This document shows, piece after piece, positions 8,637 through 17,027 of a stretch of 40,828 bases of DNA (the first letter of the stretch is position 1; every line of letters starts with the position of its first letter). Origin of the DNA: Terrimicrobiaceae bacterium (GTDB taxonomy: Bacteria; Verrucomicrobiota; Verrucomicrobiia; Chthoniobacterales; Terrimicrobiaceae). The notes under the pieces were generated by a model that searched no databases, was not told the origin of the DNA, and saw nothing but the letters and a program-made list of their open reading frames with translations. The translations under genes were made by a program, and so were the position numbers. Location: assembly GCA_044342325.1 (NCBI GenBank), contig JBIIPZ010000030.1, positions 1-40,828 of the forward strand, read 5' to 3'.

Positions 8637-10175
8637 TTAACTTTCCAGTTGAATTGGATAAATGCTGTCCGGCCCAAGCGCCTGTGATGTGATCTCCATT
8701 TGTGCCGTCTCTGCAGCGAGCGGCAAGTCGGGCGGAGCCTCAGGAATGGAGGAGGCGATTCTAAGAAACTCCTCCGCATATCGTGTCGGAGTGTGCGGTG
8801 CTTGAGTTGGCCAAGGGGTAGGGGCGAAGCGTGTGTTGCGGATTTTTGCAAGGTAAGGATTGAGGGCCTCGCAGGCTCTCCAACTCTCCACAGGCGGATG
8901 GGAGAGCACTTCCATCTGGGCGCACCGGGAGAGGCGGCTGAAGGAAAATGGACCTCTGGCATCTGCTGCCAAAACCGGAAATATCTTTTGAAATGGTAAA
9001 GGAAGATGCCCTCTCGCTGAATCGGCGAGTTGCGATTGTCGATGCATCTCCGCTTCGACATCAAAGAGCCCGGGTGCGATTTGGATGTCATTGTAAAGCT
9101 GCGGAAACTCAAAGCCCATCGCGGCGAGGTCTGGCATGACTGCTGGAATCGCTCGCGCGATGAGGGGCGTGCCGGCGGCTGCGGTCTCCACAAAGGTCAT
9201 GCCGAAGCCCTCCTGCACAGAGGTGTGCACGACCACTTCGGCAATTTGTAAGAGGTCAGCGACGCGCGGTGCGCCCGGCTTGTCGAGCAAGCCGAAATGC
9301 ACACGCCAACCGTGTTTCGCCGCCGCTTGCTTGAGATCGTGCGCGTAGTTTGCCTCGTCTTGCGAATACTGGCCGGATGTGGTGGCTAAAATCGCTTCCG
9401 GCTTGAGCCAGCGTGTGAGCAGGATGGCCTCTAGGAGGTTTTTACGTCTCAGAAAACGGGTTGGGTAAATCCACAGCGGGGCTTCGCTTTTGAGTTCCTT
9501 CGCCACCCATGCCTTGGCTGCGTCGATATTCGCCGGGCTTGATGCGGCGGGTCGCAGAACGGGGTTGGGCAAATGAAAAGCGTTCGCCGGAAAGCAGCGC
9601 TTGAGTGTTTGGAAGTCCTGCAAATTGATTCCCGCATGCACGGAGCGTGTGCCGGAGGCGAATAGGATATCGGCCGCACTGGAGAGGTCTGGGCAGCCGC
9701 ATTGCTGCAGTTCGCTCCAGCGCGCCCAGCGGCCGGCGCACCAGAAATCATGGTGATGCAAGATCAGCGCCGCGCCCGTTTCCTTCGAGATTTTCGCGAC
9801 TTCTCGGCATAGGATGGCATTGCGGGCGAGGGCGGGATTTTGAAACCAAATCAGCGTGCGAGAGGCGGCGCTGCCCTCCATTACCCGCCAGAGAGAGCGC
9901 TGAATTTTTCCCGAGATGACCTCTGGAGTCTCTGCTTGATTCGAAAAATAGTCGCAGGCCGGTTCCTGGATGAAATCGGTGGGCAAGCCGAGCGTTCCCA
10001 GTTCGGGGCGCTCGCTTTCATTTCCTCCGCTGAGCAAGGTGATCCGTTTGAGCGAGGTGCCCGCCGCTGCGGCAATGGCGGGCAGCGTTAACTCCACCAC
10101 CCTCCGGACGCCGCCCGGACGCCAGTGGTAATGAATCACCACTAGATGCTCGAATGGTATGGACGCCTTGCTCAT
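8637..10175 (-). CDS. GT-B fold glycosyltransferase (GT4-like)
   Basis: HYHWRPGGVRRVV, HHHDFW, YPTRFLRRKNLLEA and the EX7E motif SVQEGFGMTFVE. Confidence 0.8.
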   Translation of the reverse strand: MSKASIPFEHLVVIHYHWRPGGVRRVVELTLPAIAAAAGTSLKRITLLSGGNESERPELGTLGLPTDFIQEPACDYFSNQAETPEVISGKIQRSLWRVMEGSAASRTLIWFQNPALARNAILCREVAKISKETGAALILHHHDFWCAGRWARWSELQQCGCPDLSSAADILFASGTRSVHAGINLQDFQTLKRCFPANAFHLPNPVLRPAASSPANIDAAKAWVAKELKSEAPLWIYPTRFLRRKNLLEAILLTRWLKPEAILATTSGQYSQDEANYAHDLKQAAAKHGWRVHFGLLDKPGAPRVADLLQIAEVVVHTSVQEGFGMTFVETAAAGTPLIARAIPAVMPDLAAMGFEFPQLYNDIQIAPGLFDVEAEMHRQSQLADSARGHLPLPFQKIFPVLAADARGPFSFSRLSRCAQMEVLSHPPVESWRACEALNPYLAKIRNTRFAPTPWPTQAPHTPTRYAEEFLRIASSIPEAPPDLPLAAETAQMEITSQALGPDSIYPIQLES

Positions 10176-10243
10176 CGCTGCAGGCTATCATTTCCCCGGG
10201 CTTGCTCAATGCCGCTCAGGCGCTGAGAGTGGCGGGCGTCTTT

Positions 10244-11455
10244 ATGGCGGATTTTTACCAGCACGGCACGATTGCGACTCTTCATCGCCTCGGAAACCCT
10301 AACTACAAGAAACTCGAGGAGGAAATGGTCTCTCTGGCCCGCACTTCGCCTCTTGCGCTCGTGCTTCCCTGTCATGCGAGGGATTTGAACTCCACCGCTC
10401 TTGCCGCAATCGTCGCTGAGCTTCGTGATGCCCGTTTTGTGAGTTATGTCACAGTCGGCCTCGACGGGGGTGATGCGTCGGACTTCGACACGGCGCATCG
10501 GATTTTTTCCATGCTCCCGCAGCGGGTTTCGATTCTCTGGAATGATGGCCCACGCATCAAAGCCCTTCTCGCCGATCTGGTTCGCGCCGGCCTCGATCCC
10601 GGGCCAATGGGCAAAGGCCGCAATATGCGTCTCTGTGTTGGGCAGGTGCTCTCTGGCACAGACGCGACAGCCGTGGCCATCCATGATTGCGACATACTCC
10701 ACTACCGGCGCGAACTGCTCGTGCGCCTTTGTTTTCCAGTGCTCCATCCCGACATGGCGTTTCATGTCAGCAAGGGTTTCAGTGCCCGTTTTTCGACGCA
10801 GCTGAATGGTCGCGTCATGAGGCTTCTCATCACTCCTCTGCTTCGCGCGATGGAGGGCCTCGAGGGCTTCTCTGAAACGCTAGCGCCGTTGCAGTTTTTC
10901 CGCTACCCGATCAGCGGCGAGGTTTGCCTGCATCGATGCGTTGCGGAAAGCGTGAGATTCCCTTCCGACTGGGGTGTGGAAACCGGCATGATGGCAGATG
11001 TTTTTCGCGTGGCTGCCATGCAAAGAATTTGCCAGGTCGATATCGCCGAGAGTTACGACCACAAGCACCAGAGCCTCTCGGAGGGAGACCCTGATGCCGG
11101 GCTGAACAAAATGGCATGCGAGGTCGCCCTCTGCCTGTTGCGCGCCGCTGCCCTTGGAATTGCGACCACGGCATCGAATCCGTTCCAGGGCCTTGTTGAA
11201 AAATTCCGTCAAGCTGCCAAGGGCATGCTGCACTGTTACTCGGCCGACGCTCGCATCAACACTCTCAAGTTTGACGGTGAACTCGAAGCACGAACGATCG
11301 AGCTTTTTGCCGCAAGTCTTGGGCGGGCGATTTCCATTCACGAGGCCGATCCCGGCAAGCCTGCCGGAGCGCCATGCTGGCAGGAAATCGAGTCCAACTT
11401 GCCAGGCTTCGGTATCGCCCTCGCGCAGGCTGCGAGCGACTATGCGGCGCGGTGA
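10244..11455 (+). CDS. gpgS: Glucosyl-3-phosphoglycerate synthase-like GT-A glycosyltransferase
   Basis: MADFYQHGTIATLH N-terminus, GKGRN, DxD in HDCD, NGRVMRLLITPLL, RYPISGE, DWGVE and QVDIAESYDHKHQ. Confidence 0.75.
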   Translation: MADFYQHGTIATLHRLGNPNYKKLEEEMVSLARTSPLALVLPCHARDLNSTALAAIVAELRDARFVSYVTVGLDGGDASDFDTAHRIFSMLPQRVSILWNDGPRIKALLADLVRAGLDPGPMGKGRNMRLCVGQVLSGTDATAVAIHDCDILHYRRELLVRLCFPVLHPDMAFHVSKGFSARFSTQLNGRVMRLLITPLLRAMEGLEGFSETLAPLQFFRYPISGEVCLHRCVAESVRFPSDWGVETGMMADVFRVAAMQRICQVDIAESYDHKHQSLSEGDPDAGLNKMACEVALCLLRAAALGIATTASNPFQGLVEKFRQAAKGMLHCYSADARINTLKFDGELEARTIELFAASLGRAISIHEADPGKPAGAPCWQEIESNLPGFGIALAQAASDYAAR

Positions 11456-11489
11456 ACAGAAGCCCTCGGAACATTTACTCAAAAACTGC

Positions 11490-11517
11490 TTGCCATAATA
11501 AGGGAAATCCCTAACTT
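11490..11517 (+). promoter_or_regulatory. sigma70-type promoter of rpsJ (TTGCCA-16-TAACTT, GC-rich discriminator)
   Basis: Hexamers at 11490-11495 and 11512-11517, followed by gcccgctcc. Confidence 0.45.
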
Positions 11518-11573
11518 GCCCGCTCCGCTGATTTGGGGGCTCAAGAAAAATCCTCAATCGCTCTTTATCAATC

Positions 11574-11891
11574 ATGGCAGCACAAAACAGTCAGAAAATC
11601 CGGATTCGCCTCAAGGCATTCGACTATCGTATTCTTGACGCCTCGGCCTCAGAAATCGTCGAAACCGCCAAGCGCACCGGTTCCAAAGTCACCGGCCCGA
11701 TCCCGCTCCCCACACGCATCGAGCGCTTCACCGTCAACCGCTCCCCTCACGTTGACAAAAAATCAATGGAACAATTTGAGATTCGCACTCACAAACGCCT
11801 TCTCGATATTGTTGAGCCCACATCAAAAACTGTGGATGAGCTCCGTAAGCTCAACCTGCCTGCAGGCGTCGACATCACAATCAAAATCTAA
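11574..11891 (+). CDS. rpsJ: 30S ribosomal protein S10
   Basis: [22 protein letters not shown] and [21 protein letters not shown]. Confidence 0.99.
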   Translation: MAAQNSQKIRIRLKAFDYRILDASASEIVETAKRTGSKVTGPIPLPTRIERFTVNRSPHVDKKSMEQFEIRTHKRLLDIVEPTSKTVDELRKLNLPAGVDITIKI

Positions 11892-11900
11892 TTTCAAGCC

Positions 11901-12542
11901 ATGAGCATCGGACTTCTCGGAAAAAAACTCGGCATGACCCGCATCTATGATGAAAAGGGCCGTGTCACACCAGCCACCGTCATCGAAGCGGGAGGCAACC
12001 ATATTCTTCAGGTAAAGACCGCTGATAAAGACGGCTACGCCGCTGTCCAAGTCGGCTACGGGGAACAAAAGCCCCAGCGTGTTGGCAAGGCCATGACCGG
12101 TCATTTCGCCAAATCCTCATCCACACCCAAGCGTTTCATTCGCGAGTTCCGCCTGGCTGACGGCGAAGCCGCACCGGAATCAGCCCCGCTTCCCGTTACA
12201 AACTTTGAGATCGGTCAGTTCGTGGACATCATTGGTCAGTCGAAGGGCAAAGGCTTCCAAGGCACCATCAAACGGCACAATTTCGCCGGGCAGCCTGCCA
12301 GCCACGGTTCCACCATGCATCGTCGTAACGGCGCTATCGGTAACCGCTCGACTCCTGGTCGTGTTTGGAAAAACATGGGCATGCCAGGCCACATGGGCGA
12401 TGAGCGCGTCACCGTTCAAAACCTCCGCATCCTTCAGGTGCGCGGAGAGGAAGGCGTCCTCGTGGTTGCGGGAGCAATTCCTGGAGCGATCGGATCTTTC
12501 GTGGTCGTTCGTCCTTCCAAGAAAAAATCCGTTAAGAAGTAA
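11901..12542 (+). CDS. rplC: 50S ribosomal protein L3
   Basis: GLLGKKLGMT, DGYAAVQVG, SKGKGFQGTIKRHNF and PGRVWKNMGMPGHMG. Confidence 0.99.
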   Translation: MSIGLLGKKLGMTRIYDEKGRVTPATVIEAGGNHILQVKTADKDGYAAVQVGYGEQKPQRVGKAMTGHFAKSSSTPKRFIREFRLADGEAAPESAPLPVTNFEIGQFVDIIGQSKGKGFQGTIKRHNFAGQPASHGSTMHRRNGAIGNRSTPGRVWKNMGMPGHMGDERVTVQNLRILQVRGEEGVLVVAGAIPGAIGSFVVVRPSKKKSVKK

Positions 12543-12579
12543 AAAATTTCCCGGAGTTGGTTCGGGGTTTTCATAGCAA

Positions 12580-12618
12580 AGTGCCCGTGGAGGAAACTTC
12601 ACGGGCACTCTTGTTTTC
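12580..12618 (+). terminator. Rho-independent terminator after rplC
   Basis: 13-bp stem agtgcccgtggag/cttcacgggcact (one G-U pair), GAAA loop, followed by cttgtttt. Confidence 0.8.
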
Positions 12619-12796
12619 CTGCAAAATCTCCCTTCACTCGAATCGTTGTGGACGTAGTCGCCTATGGTTTATCAACCCGTTGGTGCGCTTGCTCGGGCAG
12701 GAGGCCTTTATTTTGAGGACGCTTTCTCTGCCATTCAGCGTTGGCGGATTCGTTTCGTATCTGTCCAAGATTCAATCTTTGGGCTAACTATCGCCC

Positions 12797-13672
12797 GTGA
12801 TCTCCTTCCTTTCACAACCATGGCGTGTGACTTGTGCGGCGGTGTCGCTTTTTGGCGAGATCGAGGGGGAGCAGCGGGCGGCTTCGTTTGCCTACTATGC
12901 GTTGTTTTCGTTGTTTCCGCTCTTGGCGTTGTTGCTCACGGTAGGTTCGGTGTTTGTGGACCCGGTTTCAGCGATTTCGGCGGCTGAGAAAATTTTCCCG
13001 ATGGATGAAGGGCAGCGGGATTTGGTTTGGAAAATGTCGGAGTCACTCCAACGGGCGCGTGGTGGCGTGGGCTTGGCCTCTTTGCTCGTGCTTGTATGGA
13101 GTTCGTTGCGGTTCTTTCAGGCCCTCGTGCAGGGTGTGAACCGGGCTTGGCACCGGACATTGCTCCCTTGGTGGAAGCTACCGGTGAAAAATCTTCTCAT
13201 GATGGGCGTCGTGGCCAGCGCGCTGGGACTGGGTTTGGTGGTGCCGGCGATTTTGCAGGCGATCCTCAAAACCCTGCTTGCCGCGCAGGTTTGGTTCGGC
13301 GGCATACTCCCACTGCCGACGCCGGGCGAAATGACGCTCCTCTACGCAGCGGGTCGCTATGTTCTTGCAGGGGGATTGGTCTTTTACGCCTTGGTTGCCC
13401 TCTACATGCTGGCTCCCGGAAGGCGGATTTATTTCCGTCAGGTGTGGATCACTGCGCTTGTTGTGGCGATCGCCCTGCAAGCCGGGCAGAGCCTTTTTGG
13501 AACCTATGTGGCAAAGATCGTGAACTACAATGCCATCTACGGCTCCGTTGGGGCGCTCATGTTGGCCCTCATGTGGGTTTATCTGGCCGGTGTGATGATT
13601 CTTCTGGGGAGTTGCTTTTGCGCCGCTGCGGATGGCCGCGGCGAGACTACTCCATCCAGTTCAGAAAATTGA
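12797..13672 (+). CDS. YihY/virulence factor BrkB family membrane protein
   Basis: AASFAYYALFSLFPLL, multiple TM helices and YNAIYGSVGALMLALMWVYL. Confidence 0.9.
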   Translation: MISFLSQPWRVTCAAVSLFGEIEGEQRAASFAYYALFSLFPLLALLLTVGSVFVDPVSAISAAEKIFPMDEGQRDLVWKMSESLQRARGGVGLASLLVLVWSSLRFFQALVQGVNRAWHRTLLPWWKLPVKNLLMMGVVASALGLGLVVPAILQAILKTLLAAQVWFGGILPLPTPGEMTLLYAAGRYVLAGGLVFYALVALYMLAPGRRIYFRQVWITALVVAIALQAGQSLFGTYVAKIVNYNAIYGSVGALMLALMWVYLAGVMILLGSCFCAAADGRGETTPSSSEN

Positions 13673-13799
13673 AATTTGCGGCGACCAGCGCCACCACGAC
13701 GAATGCGGAGGTCAGAATGCCTCCGGCGATTGCCACAGCGGTTGAGACGAGGAGGACGCGGATGAGTGGATCTTGAGGATCGGAGGCTGGTTCAGACAT
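13647..13799 (-). CDS. Putative 50-aa single-TM small protein (not in ORF track)
   Basis: ATG 13799 to TAG 13647, translating as MSEPASDPQDPLIRVLLVSTAVAIAGGILTSAFVVVALVAANFNFLNWME. It fills the gap behind lolC/E on the same strand. Confidence 0.5.
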   Translation of the reverse strand: MSEPASDPQDPLIRVLLVSTAVAIAGGILTSAFVVVALVAANFNFLNWME

Positions 13800-13835
13800 G
13801 GCGCAAGTCAAATAGAGGGAGCCGCATTTGTCAAA

Positions 13836-15122
13836 TCACTCGTGCCGCAAAGCCTTCACGGGATCAAGTCGCGCGGCGAACCATGCTGGGATCAGAGCCG
13901 CCAGCGAGCAGATGGCAAAGGCGCTCACGCAGATCAGGACGACATCCGAGGGAACGATCTCGGCAGGGATTTCGCTGAATTGATAAACCGAGGCGGGAAA
14001 AATCTCGATGTTCAATGCGGATGACAGGAAATGGCTAACCTCATTGCGGTATTGGACCATCGTAATGCCCATGGCGAGGCCAGTGAGTGTTCCAAAAACA
14101 CCGACGACCATTCCCTGCGCGACAAAGACTCCGATGATCTGGTGCGTCTGCGCCCCGAGCGCCTTCATGACGCCAATCTCGCGGGTTTTTTGCACGGTCA
14201 CTGTAATGAGCGTGTTCATGATTCCGAAAGCCGCCACCAAAATGATGAACATAAGAAGAAAAAACATGACATTCCGTTCCATGCGGATCGCGTCGAAGAT
14301 TTGTTTGTTCATGTCGATCCAGCTCATCGCGAACTGTGGGCGTGGGAGGGAGGTGTTCAGTTCGTCGCGCACGGCATTGGCGAGGTAGGGGTCGGTGGTG
14401 GCCAGGGCCAGTCCGTGTGCGCCGCCGCCGAGATTGTAAAGTTCCTGGCCGATGTGAAGCGGCACGAGGAGGAACTCGCTGTCGTAAAGATAGCGTCCGC
14501 TCTCAAAGATGCCGGCCACTTCCAGTTCGGTTGGCAGGATCATTTGCTTCAAAGCTGAGACATCGGTGGATTTGTCGCCTGAGCGCTGGATGCGGTCGAG
14601 TTCGTCGAGGATCTGGTTAAAATTTCCGGGCGAAAAAATCGTCACATTCTCTCCGATGCCCACTCCGAGTTCGCGGGCGAGTTCGGACCCGATCACGGTC
14701 TTGTTGCCATCCAAGTCGTAGCTACCATCGACAATGAAATCCGCGACATTCACGACTTTGCGCTCGAGTTGGGCATCGACGCCCCGGATTTTTGGAGCGA
14801 GGCGGCGGTTTTGATATTCCACGATGACCGGCCCTTGAACGAATGGCGCGGCGGCTTTGACATGGGGATTTTTCATCGCCTGCTCCGCTGTGGCCTCCCA
14901 GTTTTCCAGGACCCCTCCGTTGCTCACGATGACATGGGCATCAAAGCCGATGACCTTGCGGCGGAGTTCCTGCTCGAAGCCGGTCATCACCGAAATAACC
15001 AAAATCAAAACCATGATCCCGAGCGTAACGCCGAGAATGGAAACCAGGGTGATGATCGAAAGAAATGTGCGCTTGGGCTTGAGGTAGCGCAGGGCGAGAA
15101 AAAGACTGAAACTTTTCGGCAT
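13836..15122 (-). CDS. lolE: Lipoprotein-releasing ABC transporter permease, LolC/LolE family
   Basis: LALRYLKPKR, GVTLGIMVLILVISVMTGF, VQKTREIGVMKALG and PAWFAARLDPVKALRHE. Start at ATG 15122. Confidence 0.9.
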   Translation of the reverse strand: MPKSFSLFLALRYLKPKRTFLSIITLVSILGVTLGIMVLILVISVMTGFEQELRRKVIGFDAHVIVSNGGVLENWEATAEQAMKNPHVKAAAPFVQGPVIVEYQNRRLAPKIRGVDAQLERKVVNVADFIVDGSYDLDGNKTVIGSELARELGVGIGENVTIFSPGNFNQILDELDRIQRSGDKSTDVSALKQMILPTELEVAGIFESGRYLYDSEFLLVPLHIGQELYNLGGGAHGLALATTDPYLANAVRDELNTSLPRPQFAMSWIDMNKQIFDAIRMERNVMFFLLMFIILVAAFGIMNTLITVTVQKTREIGVMKALGAQTHQIIGVFVAQGMVVGVFGTLTGLAMGITMVQYRNEVSHFLSSALNIEIFPASVYQFSEIPAEIVPSDVVLICVSAFAICSLAALIPAWFAARLDPVKALRHE

Positions 15123-15138
15123 GGGTCGGGCAGTATCC

Positions 15139-15546
15139 TTACACGGGCCCTGCGCCGAGCGCATTCCTTGTTTTAGCCGGGATGGGCGCTGGGGCATGAA
15201 GCCCAGGGTCGATATGGCAGAGCGTGGCCTTGCCGCCAAAACATGCGGTGCCATCCGCTTTCGCCGCTGTGAATGAAAACCCGAGCGATGAGGTGCCGAT
15301 CTTATCCATGCTCAAAGAGACCGTGATTTCATCCTGGAAACGGCACCCTGCCGAGTAGTCAGCGTGAATGGAAACGACAGGCCAAGCTGTTGCTGCATTA
15401 AGAATGGGCAAGCCTCTGCTTTGAAAAAAGTCATGAACCGCTTCTTCGATGATCACCAACAGGCGCGAGAAGTGGGCGACTCCGGCGGCATCGGTGTCGG
15501 CAAAGCGGATGGAACGCCGGTAAACATGTGTGGCAGAGGCTGGCAT
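15139..15546 (-). CDS. Hot-dog acyl-CoA thioesterase (4HBT-like), probable DHNA-CoA hydrolase
   Basis: IRFADTDAAGVAHF motif; divergent from the menFDH operon. Confidence 0.75.
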   Translation of the reverse strand: MPASATHVYRRSIRFADTDAAGVAHFSRLLVIIEEAVHDFFQSRGLPILNAATAWPVVSIHADYSAGCRFQDEITVSLSMDKIGTSSLGFSFTAAKADGTACFGGKATLCHIDPGLHAPAPIPAKTRNALGAGPV

Positions 15547-15680
15547 GATCGAAATTCTCTACCTGTTTTCATCCGGCAGGGAAAGGAAACGACAACACAA
15601 TGGGGCTGCGGTGCGTAATGCTTGATGCCGCCAAATTTGCCGCAGGGAGTTAATTCCCCTATCGCATCCTGCGTCGGTCT

Positions 15681-17027
15681 TTGGAAGAATGGTCGCACTC
15701 TATGGTTTTTCATCACAGCTCGAATCTTCGTGCGGGAACCCGCCCTGACCTGCGTGGGCTTGTGGGAGGGGCGCGGATTTCCTTTTCCGGCATCCGCCGC
15801 TTCGAGTGGGATCTTGAGGATCTGGGGGGCTTTTCACCGCTGTGGCTGGATGCCGCCGCGATTTATCCCAAGGTCTTCTGGAGATCGCGCTCCGGTGCGG
15901 CACAAACGCTGGCGGTGGGAGCATTGCAGGGAGGCAGCCTGCGGGATTTGTTGCCGCTCCTGGATGGCGCCGACGAAGGGGTGCGACTCTTCGGGGGTGA
16001 GCGGTTTGCTGCAGCTGCTGATCCAAAGGAGGGTTGGAAGGAGTTTCCCGAGCGTTACTTTTTTATTCCGAGGGCGGAGATCATTCATGCTGGAGGGCGC
16101 ACTCTGCTTGCGGTGAATCTGGCTGGAGGCGATGAGGCGATGGACGAGTTGGAGGATTGGGTTGCGGCGCTCGGGGAGTGCCCTCCGCCGCACCAGCCTG
16201 CTGTTCTGACACGCTGGGACATTCCGAATTTTACCCAATGGTCTTCGGCTGTCAGTGCCGCGCTGGAGGGCTTTGCTTCGGGTCCGTTGCGCAAGGTGGT
16301 TCTAGCCCGGCGCTCCACACTCGATCTTGTGGAAAAGGTATCGCCTCATCTTCTGCTTGCTGTGCTGATGGGAGCCGCCCCGGCATGCTTTCACTTTTCA
16401 TTCCAACCCTCCGCACGGGCTGGAGCTTTTCTCGGAGCGAGTCCGGAATTGCTCTACCGCCGTATTGGGACACGCCTCGAGAGTGAGGCCGTCGCGGGAA
16501 CCCGTCCGCGCAGTCTGGATGCCGCTGAGGATGAAAGGTTGGAATCCCAGCTCTTGAAACTTTCCAAGGAACAATTGGAGCACCGCCTTGTCGTGGAGGC
16601 TCTGGAGCAAACCTTCCGCCGTCTCTGCGTCGATTACGCCTGCGATGAAAAGCCAGGCGTGCTCAAGCTCTCCCGCGTGCAACACCTCCGAACTGCCGTT
16701 TCCGGAACGCTCCGCGGGGCGGTGGATGACGCCGCAATTCTTGAAGCCTTTCATCCCACGCCCGCCACATGCGGAGCCCCCGTTGCCGATGCGCTGCGTT
16801 TTATCTCCGATCACGAGAATTTCGACAGGGGCTGGTATGCCGGTCCTTTTGGATGCGTCTCGAAGGACTCTACTGAATTCGCCGTCGCGATCCGGTCGAT
16901 GCTGGCCAAAGGATCTCAAGTCGAGGTTTTCGCAGGAGCGGGGATCGTCGAGGGGTCTGATCCCGAGCGGGAGTGGTTCGAGCTGGAGGATAAAATCTCG
17001 GGCGTCTTGAATGTGCTTTCGGCATGA
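15681..17027 (+). CDS. menF: Isochorismate synthase
   Basis: KVVLARR, FLGASPELL, EAVAGT, HPTPATCG, DRGWYAG and FAGAGIVEGS. Start is either TTG 15681 or ATG 15702. Confidence 0.93.
   Translation: MEEWSHSMVFHHSSNLRAGTRPDLRGLVGGARISFSGIRRFEWDLEDLGGFSPLWLDAAAIYPKVFWRSRSGAAQTLAVGALQGGSLRDLLPLLDGADEGVRLFGGERFAAAADPKEGWKEFPERYFFIPRAEIIHAGGRTLLAVNLAGGDEAMDELEDWVAALGECPPPHQPAVLTRWDIPNFTQWSSAVSAALEGFASGPLRKVVLARRSTLDLVEKVSPHLLLAVLMGAAPACFHFSFQPSARAGAFLGASPELLYRRIGTRLESEAVAGTRPRSLDAAEDERLESQLLKLSKEQLEHRLVVEALEQTFRRLCVDYACDEKPGVLKLSRVQHLRTAVSGTLRGAVDDAAILEAFHPTPATCGAPVADALRFISDHENFDRGWYAGPFGCVSKDSTEFAVAIRSMLAKGSQVEVFAGAGIVEGSDPEREWFELEDKISGVLNVLSA

Noticed and set aside
12557..12566. Recurrent TGGTTCGGG in intergenic regions (also ~19600, 27670, 30883)
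   Set aside because: Short, with inconsistent position and orientation relative to genes; probably compositional
12715..12729. 15-nt match (agagaaagcgtcctc) to 27569-27583 in inverted orientation
   Set aside because: About one 15-mer match is expected by chance in 40 kb, and the match does not extend into the flanks
12664..12987. 107-aa ORF overlapping the yihY start (possible frameshifted N-terminus)
   Set aside because: YihY is already full-length from GTG 12797, and the ORF has no recognisable features
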